Assembly: GCA_934232895.1 (NCBI GenBank)
Contig: CAKQGH010000005.1
Span: 1,422 to 65,421, forward strand
Direction of reading: 5' to 3'
Length of the DNA stretch: 64,000 nucleotides
Source: an uncultured Alphaproteobacteria bacterium
GTDB lineage: Bacteria > Pseudomonadota > Alphaproteobacteria > Rs-D84
Positions 28,501 to 36,655 of this stretch are shown in pieces; the first letter of the stretch is position 1, and every line of letters begins with the position of its first letter. The position numbers were made by a program, and so were the translations under genes. The notes under the pieces were generated by a model. The model worked only from the letters and a program-made list of their open reading frames with translations, had not been told where the DNA came from and made no database searches.

Positions 28501-28553
28501 ATCAAAACAAACATAACTGTGGTGACTGGTCTGCGAACAAAAAACTTTAACAT
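25530..28553 (-). CDS. RND efflux transporter permease (AcrB/HAE1-like)
   Basis: It is 1007 aa and starts MLKFFVRRPVTTVMF. The organisation is two 6-TM bundles with large periplasmic loops. Confidence 0.95.
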   Translation of the reverse strand: MLKFFVRRPVTTVMFVLMWVVLGLVSFPKMNVERTPSLDFPMVTASFVYPGASPAEIESQVIKKAEDAMSEVAGLKKLTSQAYENGGYVMAEFNLGVNVNDKSSEVKSKIDALSSEFPDALKQPVVEKLNPLQESVVDIVLRGASARDMQEYVDDILANKITATKGVASVSVFGGEQRAVRVQMNPELMAARGATITDVVSALAARNLNVPGGKIETGVDSSNVRFIGEFASIDEIANLHLTTAEGARFKLSDIATITDAARDIETGARYNGEPVVIASVVKASDGNAIKISQALHKKMPELQADMQSRFPNATMEIISDSSTAVSDETNSTIIGIIQGIIFTILVLLAFTRNWRSTIIAGVVIPASLIAGFFFMDGSGFTINAMTLLAYSSALGTLVSNAIIMIESALQEMRAGKDPENAAIDGTKKVAVSVLAGVGTNVVVFLPLAFMGGIVGQFMVQFGMTVVYLTLLSLLFSFTLTPMMIAKILRLTGKKPSKKSTNKPAPMSASVGRLRKWFDFQNAHPWRVVAMAFAILVGSAMLMKFVGNEFTPATDNNEINITARAPMGATFEKSRDIVSQIENELKDFKEVKSTSVKIGERGLQNIKVKVELVGVDDRRLSDKELARRMLPRLAAIPDVEIQIRAGAAMSSSISSDMVLNINGEDDATREAYADQALRLINQIPEVQSAVRAQQTPGHEIRFIPDEDKMNFWGVKNAYAGSTLRTALFGNDDYKYKEHGNEYPIILEFAKPFKTAEMFDNVFVNSQKGMVALSSLGEIEQTSATPNISRLDKNRITEIDINIGKSTMGPVQAKIQAALNTIDWQPGYSAEFGGMSEIQDETTGEIGQAFFLATVLTFMLLAAIMNSLAHPFTIATSILTSFAGVFVMLFLSGASMNVGAMLAFVMLVGLVVNNNILVLEPTIARIKNGEDARDALWTELNDKRYMVLMTSIAVMTGMVPQLWSADGMKVAMAAVMIGGMMASLIFTFTLTPALFFIVERAREKLSRKK

Positions 28554-28571
28554 TTCTTTTCCCCCGTTTAA

Positions 28572-29180
28572 TTATTTTGCAATTTGAATTTTTTCACCAT
28601 CCTGGACACGTGTCAGAATTACAACATCGCCATTGTCCAGACCCGATTCTATCAATGCCATATCGGCATCTTGACGCGAAACAACGACATTACGCGCGCG
28701 CGCCACATCGCCATCGGCCACCATAACCACGCCATTATTTACGGCGTATACCGGCACAAAAATTCCGGTCGCGCGGTATTGCGCATAATGCAACCCATCT
28801 TCCACGCCGCGCGTACGCACAACATACATACCCGAATCCAAGTCAATTTTTGACGATACCGATACAATCACGCCATCGCCGACATGTTGACCAACACCAA
28901 ATTTATGTGCGCGTGCCGACGCAACATAGGCGCGATTGTTTTTTATCGCAATTGGTTCACGCAAAACACCCGACGCGCGTTGTACCGTCTGCACAACAAC
29001 CGGCACACCGTCGGTCACCGCATTGCGTGTGGCATTAAACACCGGGCGCGCGTTTTCAATACCAATCATGGTAAAACGAAACACAACCCATGCAACCAAC
29101 ACCGCAATCAACCCCGCCGCAATATATTTGCGTACGCGCGGTGTTTTAATTTTTTCAAATAACTGTTGTAATTTTTCCAT
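28572..29180 (-). CDS. Short periplasmic adaptor (membrane-fusion-protein-like, 202 aa)
   Basis: It has an N-terminal TM anchor followed by beta-rich barrel-type segments (VVVQTV..., GMYVVRTRG, VVILTRVQDGEKIQ). It sits between the tolC-like and RND genes. No coiled-coil hairpin segment is evident. Confidence 0.7.
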   Translation of the reverse strand: MEKLQQLFEKIKTPRVRKYIAAGLIAVLVAWVVFRFTMIGIENARPVFNATRNAVTDGVPVVVQTVQRASGVLREPIAIKNNRAYVASARAHKFGVGQHVGDGVIVSVSSKIDLDSGMYVVRTRGVEDGLHYAQYRATGIFVPVYAVNNGVVMVADGDVARARNVVVSRQDADMALIESGLDNGDVVILTRVQDGEKIQIAK

Positions 29181-29182
29181 AA

Positions 29183-30517
29183 TTATTCACCTAACTTTTT
29201 TACAGATTCCGCAGACATCAAAATGTTATATTTCGCGTTCAATAACGCCATATCCAACTGGTACAGACCGGCGGATACCTCGGCCAATTCAATTGCCGAT
29301 GTTTGACCGGCGGCGAAACGGTCACTGGAAATTCCGTATGCCTTGGCCGCCAAATTGCGCGCAGTTTCCAATGTTTTCAGATTTCCACGCAAATGGTTGT
29401 ATTTATCAATCGCACGATTGTATTCTTCGGTCGTCATCTTTTTCGCCTTGTCCAAATCCTGGTGCGCGGCCTCGGCATTCATGGCCTGGGCCGTGGCATT
29501 GGCACGATGCAGTCCGCCGCTGAAAATTGGCACCTGTAAAGACAATCCCCAATACGCCGATTGCGAATTAGATTTGTTGAACATATTGTTAAAATCTTTA
29601 TCCATCGCCAGGTAATTGTACGACCCCATTGCCGCCAATGTTGGGTATCCACCCGCGCGCTGGGACCGGGCCTGTTTTTCATACATGGCAACCTGTTCGC
29701 GCAACGCATCCCATTGCGGGGTATCTTTCAATTCACCCGCGTTCAAATCGGCAAAGGTCGCCGGAAAATCATCGGTCAAATTTAATTCTTCATCAATATC
29801 AATACCCGCCAATATTTTTAACATTCTGTGCGCGGTGTCACGATTGAATTCTGCGTCCGACAGGTTGATTTCTTTGGCCGCAATATCAGATTCGATTTTG
29901 ACCAAATTGCTGCGATTGGCACGGCCGGCCGCGGCCAGACTGGTTTTCGCATTGCGCGCGGCATTCAAATCTTTGCGTGCAATGTCAACAATTTCATCAG
30001 TCATTTTTGCCGTCCAATAGATATTGACCGCGCTGTATTTAACCTCGCGCAATGTGACCTCGCGACCAGATTCGGCCATTTTTATCGCACTGCGCACGCC
30101 ATCAACGGCATTGCCAATTTTACCAAATGTGTAAATAGGCTGTGTCACCGTGACACCCGCCATAAATATGTTATCTGGAATTTCAATACGATTACCCTCG
30201 CTGCCCAAATATGTGCTGACAATTCCACCAATTTCCGGTGGCAAATCAACGCCATACGATTTGAATGGCTGTTTCACATTTACCAGATTCATGTACGAAA
30301 CACTGCCATCAATCGAAAACCAACGATTGGCGTTCGCCGCATCCAATGACGCCTGGGCCTTTTTAACATTGACATCGGCCTTTTTTAAATCTTGGGATTC
30401 GGCGACAATTTTATCAACCGCGCCTTGCAACGATAAATCCATTGCACGCGCACCATTTGACGCAAACGCCCCAAATGTCCCCAGCAGAACCGCCGACAAC
30501 ATACCGATTTTACGCAT
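29183..30517 (-). CDS. TolC-family outer membrane efflux protein
   Basis: It has a signal peptide and two internal repeats with long helical segments (LNAARNA..., LETARNLAAKAY). Length is 444 aa. Confidence 0.9.
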   Translation of the reverse strand: MRKIGMLSAVLLGTFGAFASNGARAMDLSLQGAVDKIVAESQDLKKADVNVKKAQASLDAANANRWFSIDGSVSYMNLVNVKQPFKSYGVDLPPEIGGIVSTYLGSEGNRIEIPDNIFMAGVTVTQPIYTFGKIGNAVDGVRSAIKMAESGREVTLREVKYSAVNIYWTAKMTDEIVDIARKDLNAARNAKTSLAAAGRANRSNLVKIESDIAAKEINLSDAEFNRDTAHRMLKILAGIDIDEELNLTDDFPATFADLNAGELKDTPQWDALREQVAMYEKQARSQRAGGYPTLAAMGSYNYLAMDKDFNNMFNKSNSQSAYWGLSLQVPIFSGGLHRANATAQAMNAEAAHQDLDKAKKMTTEEYNRAIDKYNHLRGNLKTLETARNLAAKAYGISSDRFAAGQTSAIELAEVSAGLYQLDMALLNAKYNILMSAESVKKLGE

Positions 30518-30959
30518 TATTTAACTCCAATTTTTTCAAAATATTATTCATTGTTTTCAATGCATTCGTCATAGCCTCTTCGTCCTCGACACTGATTCTG
30601 TCGAACAGGCGACCAATCGCCTCGCGAAACGCATCCATAACCTTGCCCGCTATTTCAGCCCCAGCCGGTGTGCATTCATACCAAGTATTGCGACGGTCAA
30701 CATCGTCAATTGCGCGCGCAACCATTCCATCGCGTTCCAATTTACGAAATGTCGCACATAAATTTGGTGTCGGCACCATTTCACGACGCGCAATATCCTT
30801 TAACCGTGCGCGTCCGCCCAAATACAGACGCACCAATACCGTCATTTGATTTTTCGGATACACAACCGAGCCCAACGGCCCTTTTTTCAGCCTGTCGGCT
30901 AATTTATCCAGAACCAAAATGTTCGATTCAAACAGGTGAATAAAATCTTTGCGTGCCAT
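30510..30959 (-). CDS. MarR family transcriptional regulator
   Basis: The winged-helix region reads MTVLVRLYLGGRARLKDIARREMVPTPNLCATFRKLERDGMVAR. It is the first gene of the efflux operon. Confidence 0.88.
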   Translation of the reverse strand: MARKDFIHLFESNILVLDKLADRLKKGPLGSVVYPKNQMTVLVRLYLGGRARLKDIARREMVPTPNLCATFRKLERDGMVARAIDDVDRRNTWYECTPAGAEIAGKVMDAFREAIGRLFDRISVEDEEAMTNALKTMNNILKKLELNNA

Positions 30960-31162
30960 TTTTGCCTCCGCCAGGGTTAAAATTTACAATTTTTAATGAT
31001 TAAACGGCTTTTAATTATTAAAAACTTTAACGATTATATGTATTTAACATTTCAATTCAAGTGAAAAAATGAAAAAAATGTGATTTTTTTCACGAAATAT
31101 CCCCCAGCGCCAATTTTTGTTATTGCAAAAAATCAAAAGATATTTATAATCACTATCACTTT

Positions 31163-31236
31163 TGGGGTGTCGTCTAATGGTAGGACAAGAGATTTTGGTT
31201 CTCTTTATCATGGTTCGAATCCGTGCGCCCCAACCA
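31163..31236 (+). tRNA. trnQ: tRNA-Gln (anticodon UUG)
   Basis: The cloverleaf is 74 nt. The acceptor pairs TGGGGTG/CGCCCCA, the anticodon loop is TTTTGGT, the T-loop is TTCGAAT, and CCA is encoded. Confidence 0.92.
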
Positions 31237-31366
31237 CCCTTCGCGTCTGCGACGCTTCGGGCGGCAAGCCCAAGCGGAGCAGATACAAAAAGGAGTGCCA
31301 CACGTAGTTTTAACGAAGTGCGGCGAATTACTTGACGTTTATTTCCTGTTTTTTTATTATGGAATT

Positions 31367-31612
31367 ATGTTTTACGTTTATTTAATCAGAAGTATTTCAA
31401 ATCCGAGTCAACGGTACATTGGTATGACCGATGATTTACAAAAACGGATGAAACAACACAATTCTGGTTATTCGTTTCACACATCAAAGTACACACCATG
31501 GCAACTGATAAATTATTTTGCTTTTTCAAGTCGCCATGCCGCCGGCGAATTTGAAAAATACCTGAAAACGGGTTCTGGTCAGGCATTTGCAAACAGACAT
31601 TTTTGGAATTAG
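31367..31612 (+). CDS. GIY-YIG nuclease family protein (UPF0213-like, 81 aa)
   Basis: The sequence is MFYVYLIRSISNPSQRYIGMTDDLQKRMKQHNSG. Confidence 0.85.
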   Translation: MFYVYLIRSISNPSQRYIGMTDDLQKRMKQHNSGYSFHTSKYTPWQLINYFAFSSRHAAGEFEKYLKTGSGQAFANRHFWN

Positions 31613-31657
31613 GCATCCCCCATTTTGCAGCCACAACTGTACCGAGGGAACCCGGGA

Positions 31658-31709
31658 CACCCCCATCATAAAAGCCAAAACCGGCATTGTGCCGGTTTTA
31701 TTTTTGGTT
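31658..31709 (+). repeat. Repeated ~52-nt terminator module, copy R1
   Basis: The sequence is cacccccatcataaaagccaaaaccggcattgtgccggttttatttttggtt. It differs from 34530-34580 by one indel and two substitutions, and contains the hairpin aaaaccggc/gccggtttt plus a T-run. Confidence 0.75.
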
Positions 31710-31743
31710 GGGGACCGCGGAACGCCCCGAAGACATTTTTTCT

Positions 31744-31771
31744 TTGATTTATCATTTATGGCGGTTATAAT
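31744..31771 (+). promoter_or_regulatory. Putative sigma70-type promoter for the lipoprotein leader
   Basis: TTGATT (31744-31749) and TATAAT (31766-31771) are separated by a 16-nt spacer. Confidence 0.5.
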
Positions 31772-31886
31772 GGGAACTGAATCAGTGGGGACACTGGTTC
31801 GGGGCTGTAGCAAGCCTAATTATCCGGTGCAGACCAATTTGGAACATCGTTAGTCCGTGATTCCTGTGGTTTTGTGTCGTTATTTA

Positions 31887-32009
31887 TCCCTGACTTATAC
31901 AAGTCGGGGAGCTGTCTGTTATACAACAGGGTTTTACCCGAAAGCGACAGAATCATTGATAATTTGATTGCTAACTCCCCGACCGCCTGTCTTTGCTGGG
32001 CGGTTTTTT
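31887..32009 (+). promoter_or_regulatory. Structured leader element L3 with terminator, upstream of the lipoprotein pair
   Basis: The segments are TCCCTGAC (A), GTCGGGGAG (B) and CTCCCCGAC (C, a perfect complement of B). They are followed by ACCGCC-tgtctttgct-GGCGGT and a T-run ending 22 nt before the ATG. The layout matches L1 and L2. Confidence 0.4.
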
Positions 32010-32031
32010 CATTATAAAAAAGGATCCAGGA

Positions 32032-33315
32032 ATGAAAAAAATAACAATTTTGACATCAATCCTAGCATTGGCCGCATGTGGCGGCGGTTCTGGCGGGAAA
32101 GCGCCTGATATACAAATACCAAAAGAATTACAAACAAGTGCAATCAATAGTGTCACTATTGATCAAGCTGCCGCAAATAAGTCAATGGTAAATTTTGTAG
32201 GAAACCGCATTCCTGAGGCATACACCGCCGATGCCACAGACGAAGAAAAATTGACCATCGCAACAAATCTACTAAATAATATGCACACTACATTACAGGC
32301 TTTATCCGATCTGCAGGTCTCTGGAGACGCGGACGCATTGCGCCAGTATATAGCCAATCATCAAACAGATGTAAAAAATGCACTTAGCCTGTATTTTGCA
32401 GATTTTACACCATCAAGCGATCCAGACCATTTTTATATGAATAACTACAACCGGATTTCATCGGATAAATTGAACAACTTTGAAAAAAAGAATGGTTTTG
32501 TGTCCGGCACACTTGGACATAACGACATGGACTTTTACAACACAAGTGACCAACCAGTAAAAATACAATTTAGCAACGGAAAAATCACTGGTATAGATTT
32601 TGATAACGGTCTATTCAAACAACTAAGCCCAGATGGCACCATACGAATAGAAGAAGATTACACAAAAAATCCAGATTATGACCCGACCACAGATCCAGTA
32701 TATGGTGCGTTTACCGGCAAGGCCACATTATTGGGGAACACGGTAGGGCTGCAATATTCTGATTTTGGCTACGTTCTGTCCAATGGCACAACAACATATT
32801 CAGATGGACATACAGAACAAAATAATGATGGCCATATATTTTTTGGCGGATATATACCACATGAAATAAAGGCCACAGAAAGCGGTACAATGACATTCAA
32901 TGGGACCGCCATAGCAGTTATAAATTCGCATACATACGACAGCGACAGTGGCGTTGACAATTTTGACACAATGACATCCACAGTAAACGATGCAAAATTA
33001 ACCGTCAATAATGGGAATGAAGTATTAACCGCAAATTTCTCAAAAGCACAAAATCCATGGTATGACGTGATTATAAGCAAAGACAGTGCAACACTTGTAA
33101 ATTCAGACAGCGAAATTCCTGTTGAATATCAGGTAAAAAATACCACTGGTTCAACCAGCCCAGAAAATGATTTTTTGCGCGCTAAATATTATGGGGACAA
33201 TGGCCAAATATCAGAAGCGGTTGCAGGTTCACATTTTTATACCACTGGCGCACTTTCTGACGAACGCATAACGCATGAAATTGATGCCGACATTGGGTTC
33301 GGCGGAAAATTATAA
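32032..33315 (+). CDS. Surface lipoprotein with a TbpB/fHbp-like C-terminal beta-barrel pattern (427 aa)
   Basis: The lipobox is LALAAC followed by GGGSGG. C-terminal patterns are YSDFGYV, MTFNGTAIAV, AKLTVNNGNEVLTANF and AKYYGDNGQISEAVAGSHFY, ending IGFGGKL. Confidence 0.85.
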   Translation: MKKITILTSILALAACGGGSGGKAPDIQIPKELQTSAINSVTIDQAAANKSMVNFVGNRIPEAYTADATDEEKLTIATNLLNNMHTTLQALSDLQVSGDADALRQYIANHQTDVKNALSLYFADFTPSSDPDHFYMNNYNRISSDKLNNFEKKNGFVSGTLGHNDMDFYNTSDQPVKIQFSNGKITGIDFDNGLFKQLSPDGTIRIEEDYTKNPDYDPTTDPVYGAFTGKATLLGNTVGLQYSDFGYVLSNGTTTYSDGHTEQNNDGHIFFGGYIPHEIKATESGTMTFNGTAIAVINSHTYDSDSGVDNFDTMTSTVNDAKLTVNNGNEVLTANFSKAQNPWYDVIISKDSATLVNSDSEIPVEYQVKNTTGSTSPENDFLRAKYYGDNGQISEAVAGSHFYTTGALSDERITHEIDADIGFGGKL

Positions 33316-33329
33316 AAAAGGAGCAAATA

Positions 33330-34523
33330 ATGAAAAAAATAACAATTTTGACATCAATATTGGCATTGGCTGCATGTGGTGGGGTTTCTGGCGGGAACGG
33401 GCCAATTCCCCCATCAACAACAATTTCAGAACCAGAAACCCCAAATATAACAGTGCCAGCAGGGGCGCAAAACAGTAATCGGGCAATTACTTCTATGAAA
33501 TCCGAAATATTAGTTCCGAATAATTCCGGCACACACAGTATGACAGGTCGTTCATCAACCACACATATAAACGGTAAAGACTATACATCATACAGATTGG
33601 ATGATGTCAAATTTGAACAGTCTGGTTTTGACGGCGATTCTACAGATGAAACATATCTGAAATTTGGGCTGGACGAAAACGGAAAAATCATAAGATTGGA
33701 TGTGTTTAATGGGGATGAATCAAGAACACAAACCATCACTCGCGATTCAGACGATGCAAAAACTTTTTCTGAAACGTCCAAAAAATATACAATCAATTAC
33801 GGAGATAATGCCTCATACGAGATAAATACATCTATGGATACAAATCTGGATGATGACCTGGAATTTATATTAACGAAAGAAAACAATCCAGATAAAGACG
33901 CAATCCTGGCGGCCTATAAAGACAAAAAGTACACAACAGCAGATGTAAAAATAACTACAACATCAGACATGTATGGAAAAACATTATCCAAACCACTAAG
34001 TTATGCGGATTTTGGTTATGTCACACAAGTTTATGGAAACGACACAAACGGTGTTCATACAGTAATAACTGGTGGATACGAAATCAAAGCAATCGCCGAA
34101 GAAAATTTTGCATCAACAGATATGACTTTTACGGGCACGGCCATCGGGGCAATATCTGCCGAGACCAGCGACGGATACGATTCAAAACGAATAAAAACAG
34201 AAAATGGCACGGCAACTTTAACGTTCCAGGACGGCAAAGAAACTCTGACCATGCCATTTGACGATTACTACACGGTCACAGCCACCCGTGCACGTGGGGA
34301 ATCAGACCCGACACTGGAATTCACGGATTATAAAGGAACCGATGATAAATTTAAGTTTAACGAAACAACCCTAAACAACCGAGAAAATACCAGACTTCAC
34401 TTCCGTACGGGGTACTATGGCAACAATAACAATCCAACTGAAGCCATCGGTACTATATCCGTAGAACAAAACAACAACGGGGCACGCATTGGCTTTGATG
34501 CCGCATTTGGTGGCACAAGATAA
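33330..34523 (+). CDS. Paralogous surface lipoprotein with a TbpB/fHbp-like C-terminal pattern (397 aa)
   Basis: The first 18 residues (MKKITILTSILALAACGG) are identical to the upstream gene. Patterns are YADFGYV, MTFTGTAIGA, ATLTFQDGKETLTMPF and GYYGNNNNPTEAIGTISV, ending AAFGGTR. Confidence 0.85.
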   Translation: MKKITILTSILALAACGGVSGGNGPIPPSTTISEPETPNITVPAGAQNSNRAITSMKSEILVPNNSGTHSMTGRSSTTHINGKDYTSYRLDDVKFEQSGFDGDSTDETYLKFGLDENGKIIRLDVFNGDESRTQTITRDSDDAKTFSETSKKYTINYGDNASYEINTSMDTNLDDDLEFILTKENNPDKDAILAAYKDKKYTTADVKITTTSDMYGKTLSKPLSYADFGYVTQVYGNDTNGVHTVITGGYEIKAIAEENFASTDMTFTGTAIGAISAETSDGYDSKRIKTENGTATLTFQDGKETLTMPFDDYYTVTATRARGESDPTLEFTDYKGTDDKFKFNETTLNNRENTRLHFRTGYYGNNNNPTEAIGTISVEQNNNGARIGFDAAFGGTR

Positions 34524-34529
34524 ACCAAA

Positions 34530-34580
34530 CACCCCATCATAAAAGCAAAAACCGGCCTTGTGCCGGTTTTATTTTTGGTT
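34530..34580 (+). repeat. Repeated terminator module, copy R2
   Basis: The sequence is caccccatcataaaagcaaaaaccggccttgtgccggttttatttttggtt (see R1). Confidence 0.75.
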
Positions 34581-34601
34581 CCATAAAGCATAGCGCCCAT
34601 C

Positions 34602-34973
34602 TTATTTGCATCCAACGAACGCCCAATTATCGGCACTTGGCCCTTTTAACATTGTGCGCATTGTGTATTTTTCCTTGCATGTGTGATTCCAACCTGGTTT
34701 ATCAAATGCAAATTCAACATAAACATGTTCTGTATCTTTCGCCATGTCAAGCACCGCTGTTTCACCCAAGCCAGAAAAATCAACCCATTGTCCATTAGGT
34801 TCAAGACTTTTTACCTGTGCCACCCATGGCTGTTCAGCTGGACATTTATAAACAACGTGACTTTTTGTAGATGCTATTTTTTCGCAACCCTGCATCGTTT
34901 GGTCTATGTCTTTTACATCAGAACTGCACCCCATCACTAACAGCATTGGAAACGCGAGCAAAATTTTTTTCAT
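34602..34973 (-). CDS. Lipoprotein, hypothetical
   Basis: It starts MKKILLAFPMLLVMGC (lipobox). The mature part contains several Cys residues. Confidence 0.7.
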   Translation of the reverse strand: MKKILLAFPMLLVMGCSSDVKDIDQTMQGCEKIASTKSHVVYKCPAEQPWVAQVKSLEPNGQWVDFSGLGETAVLDMAKDTEHVYVEFAFDKPGWNHTCKEKYTMRTMLKGPSADNWAFVGCK

Positions 34974-35022
34974 CTGTGGCAACTCCTTGTTTAACGCACG
35001 GTATTATAACATATATCGACAT

Positions 35023-35054
35023 AAAAAACACCTGTTTAACACAGGTGTTTTTTT
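35023..35054. terminator. Bidirectional intrinsic terminator
   Basis: The sequence is aaaaaacacctgt-ttaac-acaggtgttttttt. Confidence 0.7.
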
Positions 35055-35416
35055 CAACACGAATACGAGTATGTTGATGGCATTTTATACAGATTGTTTG
35101 ACACAGCATCAACCAGTATAGGGATTATCCCCAGGAAAAATCCCGGGAAAACATCCAATATTACCGCGGGCGTATTTAATTGCCGCACGACGTTTGCCTG
35201 TGAACAGTTTTCACCAGCACTGTTTATGGTCAGGTTTTCTGCGGAATAAATATTCAGCGCGCTGTCCGGTTTTATCTTATATATTCCGCTGTCAGCTGAC
35301 ACGGTTATAACATCTGTGGAATTATTGTAAACCATTGTGTTATGGTTGCTGCCGACGCCAATCGCGCCACACCCGGCCAGCACAACGCAAATGGCAATGC
35401 ACAATAAATTTTTCAT
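35054..35416 (-). CDS. Lipoprotein, hypothetical
   Basis: It starts MKNLLCIAICVVLAGC (lipobox). A hydrophobic segment lies near the C-terminus. Confidence 0.7.
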   Translation of the reverse strand: MKNLLCIAICVVLAGCGAIGVGSNHNTMVYNNSTDVITVSADSGIYKIKPDSALNIYSAENLTINSAGENCSQANVVRQLNTPAVILDVFPGFFLGIIPILVDAVSNNLYKMPSTYSYSC

Positions 35417-35425
35417 AGTTCATCC

Positions 35426-36472
35426 TTATTTTCTGTTGGAAATTTTGTATGCAATGCGGAATATCATACCAATGGCCAGGCATGAAATAAACGCATAGAA
35501 AACCCAGGTCACACAATCACGACCCTTGGTCGACAGAATATCGCGCGCCCACCATTCTTCCATTAATTCGCGTTTTGGGCCAACAAAATCAATGTACGAT
35601 GGCTCAACACTTTTTATGCCATTGCGGCCTATTTTCAATGTGACATACCCCCAACGCGGTTCGGTTTTGTCGCGCACTGATTGACCGCTGGATGGGATTG
35701 TGTAAATCGGAATACCTGCGAATTTCCCGGTTGAAAAATAATGTACATGACCAAAGAACATTGCGTCTATTTTATGTCCACGCAAAACGGATGCCAATTT
35801 ATCGGCCGATTCCGGGTTCATCGTATGATCTTCGAAAAAGTCTGGTCGGGTGTTGATTGGTGGCATGTGATTGAATATCACGCAATTACGAAACATTGGA
35901 CGAATATTTTTCAATGTATCTGCCAACCATTGAAATTGCGCATCATCAATATCGGGCGTGGATGTATCCAGCGCAATGAACAATGTATTACCATACCCAA
36001 ACCAATAATATGCCGCACCCATAACGGTGGTGTAAAACGCCTTGTTCACGACTGGTTGCTTGGACAAACCTTCGCGACGCATAACATCGTGATTGCCTGG
36101 AATTGCATACATGGGCAGGCCTGTTAATTTCGGCAAGATTTCTTCCAGCATCCAATAATACCCGGTGATTGACCCAGTTGTTGCCATATCACCCAGATAC
36201 ATCATAAAATCGTATTCTGGATGCGATTTGCGGGCGGTCCCTATAACACTTTCCAGTATACGATCATACGAGCCAGAATCCGACACCAACAGCACAGTGA
36301 TGTCTTTGGCCCCAGGGTTCAAGAATTTTGACGCCGGGTGGTCAAACGCCTGGATTGAATCAAAGAAGCAGTCATCAAAATATGCATGTGCGGCCAGCAC
36401 TCCAACCCCAGCAAAAAAACATACAACGGATAATCCAATAAATATTTGTGACAATCGTTTTAATATTATCAT
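35426..36472 (-). CDS. Membrane-anchored metallophosphoesterase (calcineurin-like)
   Basis: Motifs LLVSDSG, YLGDMAT, IPGNHD, FNHMPP and GHVH are present, with N- and C-terminal TM helices. The ORF could extend to 36529. Confidence 0.85.
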   Translation of the reverse strand: MIILKRLSQIFIGLSVVCFFAGVGVLAAHAYFDDCFFDSIQAFDHPASKFLNPGAKDITVLLVSDSGSYDRILESVIGTARKSHPEYDFMMYLGDMATTGSITGYYWMLEEILPKLTGLPMYAIPGNHDVMRREGLSKQPVVNKAFYTTVMGAAYYWFGYGNTLFIALDTSTPDIDDAQFQWLADTLKNIRPMFRNCVIFNHMPPINTRPDFFEDHTMNPESADKLASVLRGHKIDAMFFGHVHYFSTGKFAGIPIYTIPSSGQSVRDKTEPRWGYVTLKIGRNGIKSVEPSYIDFVGPKRELMEEWWARDILSTKGRDCVTWVFYAFISCLAIGMIFRIAYKISNRK

Positions 36473-36580
36473 GTTTTTCCTTTCTTTCTGGGCACCCAAA
36501 ACTTTATCTGTAAAAATTCCCATTCGCAAGTCCTATTTATTTGCAAAATATAAAAAAGCCTGTTATGATGTCGCCGTATT

Positions 36581-36655
36581 GGTCCCATCGTCTAGCGGTC
36601 AGGACACCAGATTCTCATTCTGGGAACAGGGGTTCGATTCCCCTTGGGACTGCCA
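36581..36655 (+). tRNA. trnE: tRNA-Glu (anticodon CUC)
   Basis: The cloverleaf is 75 nt. The acceptor pairs GGTCCCA/TGGGACT, the anticodon loop is TTCTCAT, the T-arm is AGGGG-TTCGATT-CCCCT, and CCA is encoded. Confidence 0.92.

Noticed and set aside
31755-31886. Partial resemblance to a cobalamin riboswitch in the 5' part of the lipoprotein leader. The elements are AATGGGAA, the CAGTG-GGGA-CACTG hairpin, CTGTAGCAAGC, and the B12-box-like TAGTCCGTGATTCCTGTGG.
   Set aside because: Several invariant positions are missing or shifted, including the GCCACTG core and the B12-box spacing, and I cannot run a covariance model. The resemblance is too weak to call. It could be settled with a cmsearch using the cobalamin model.
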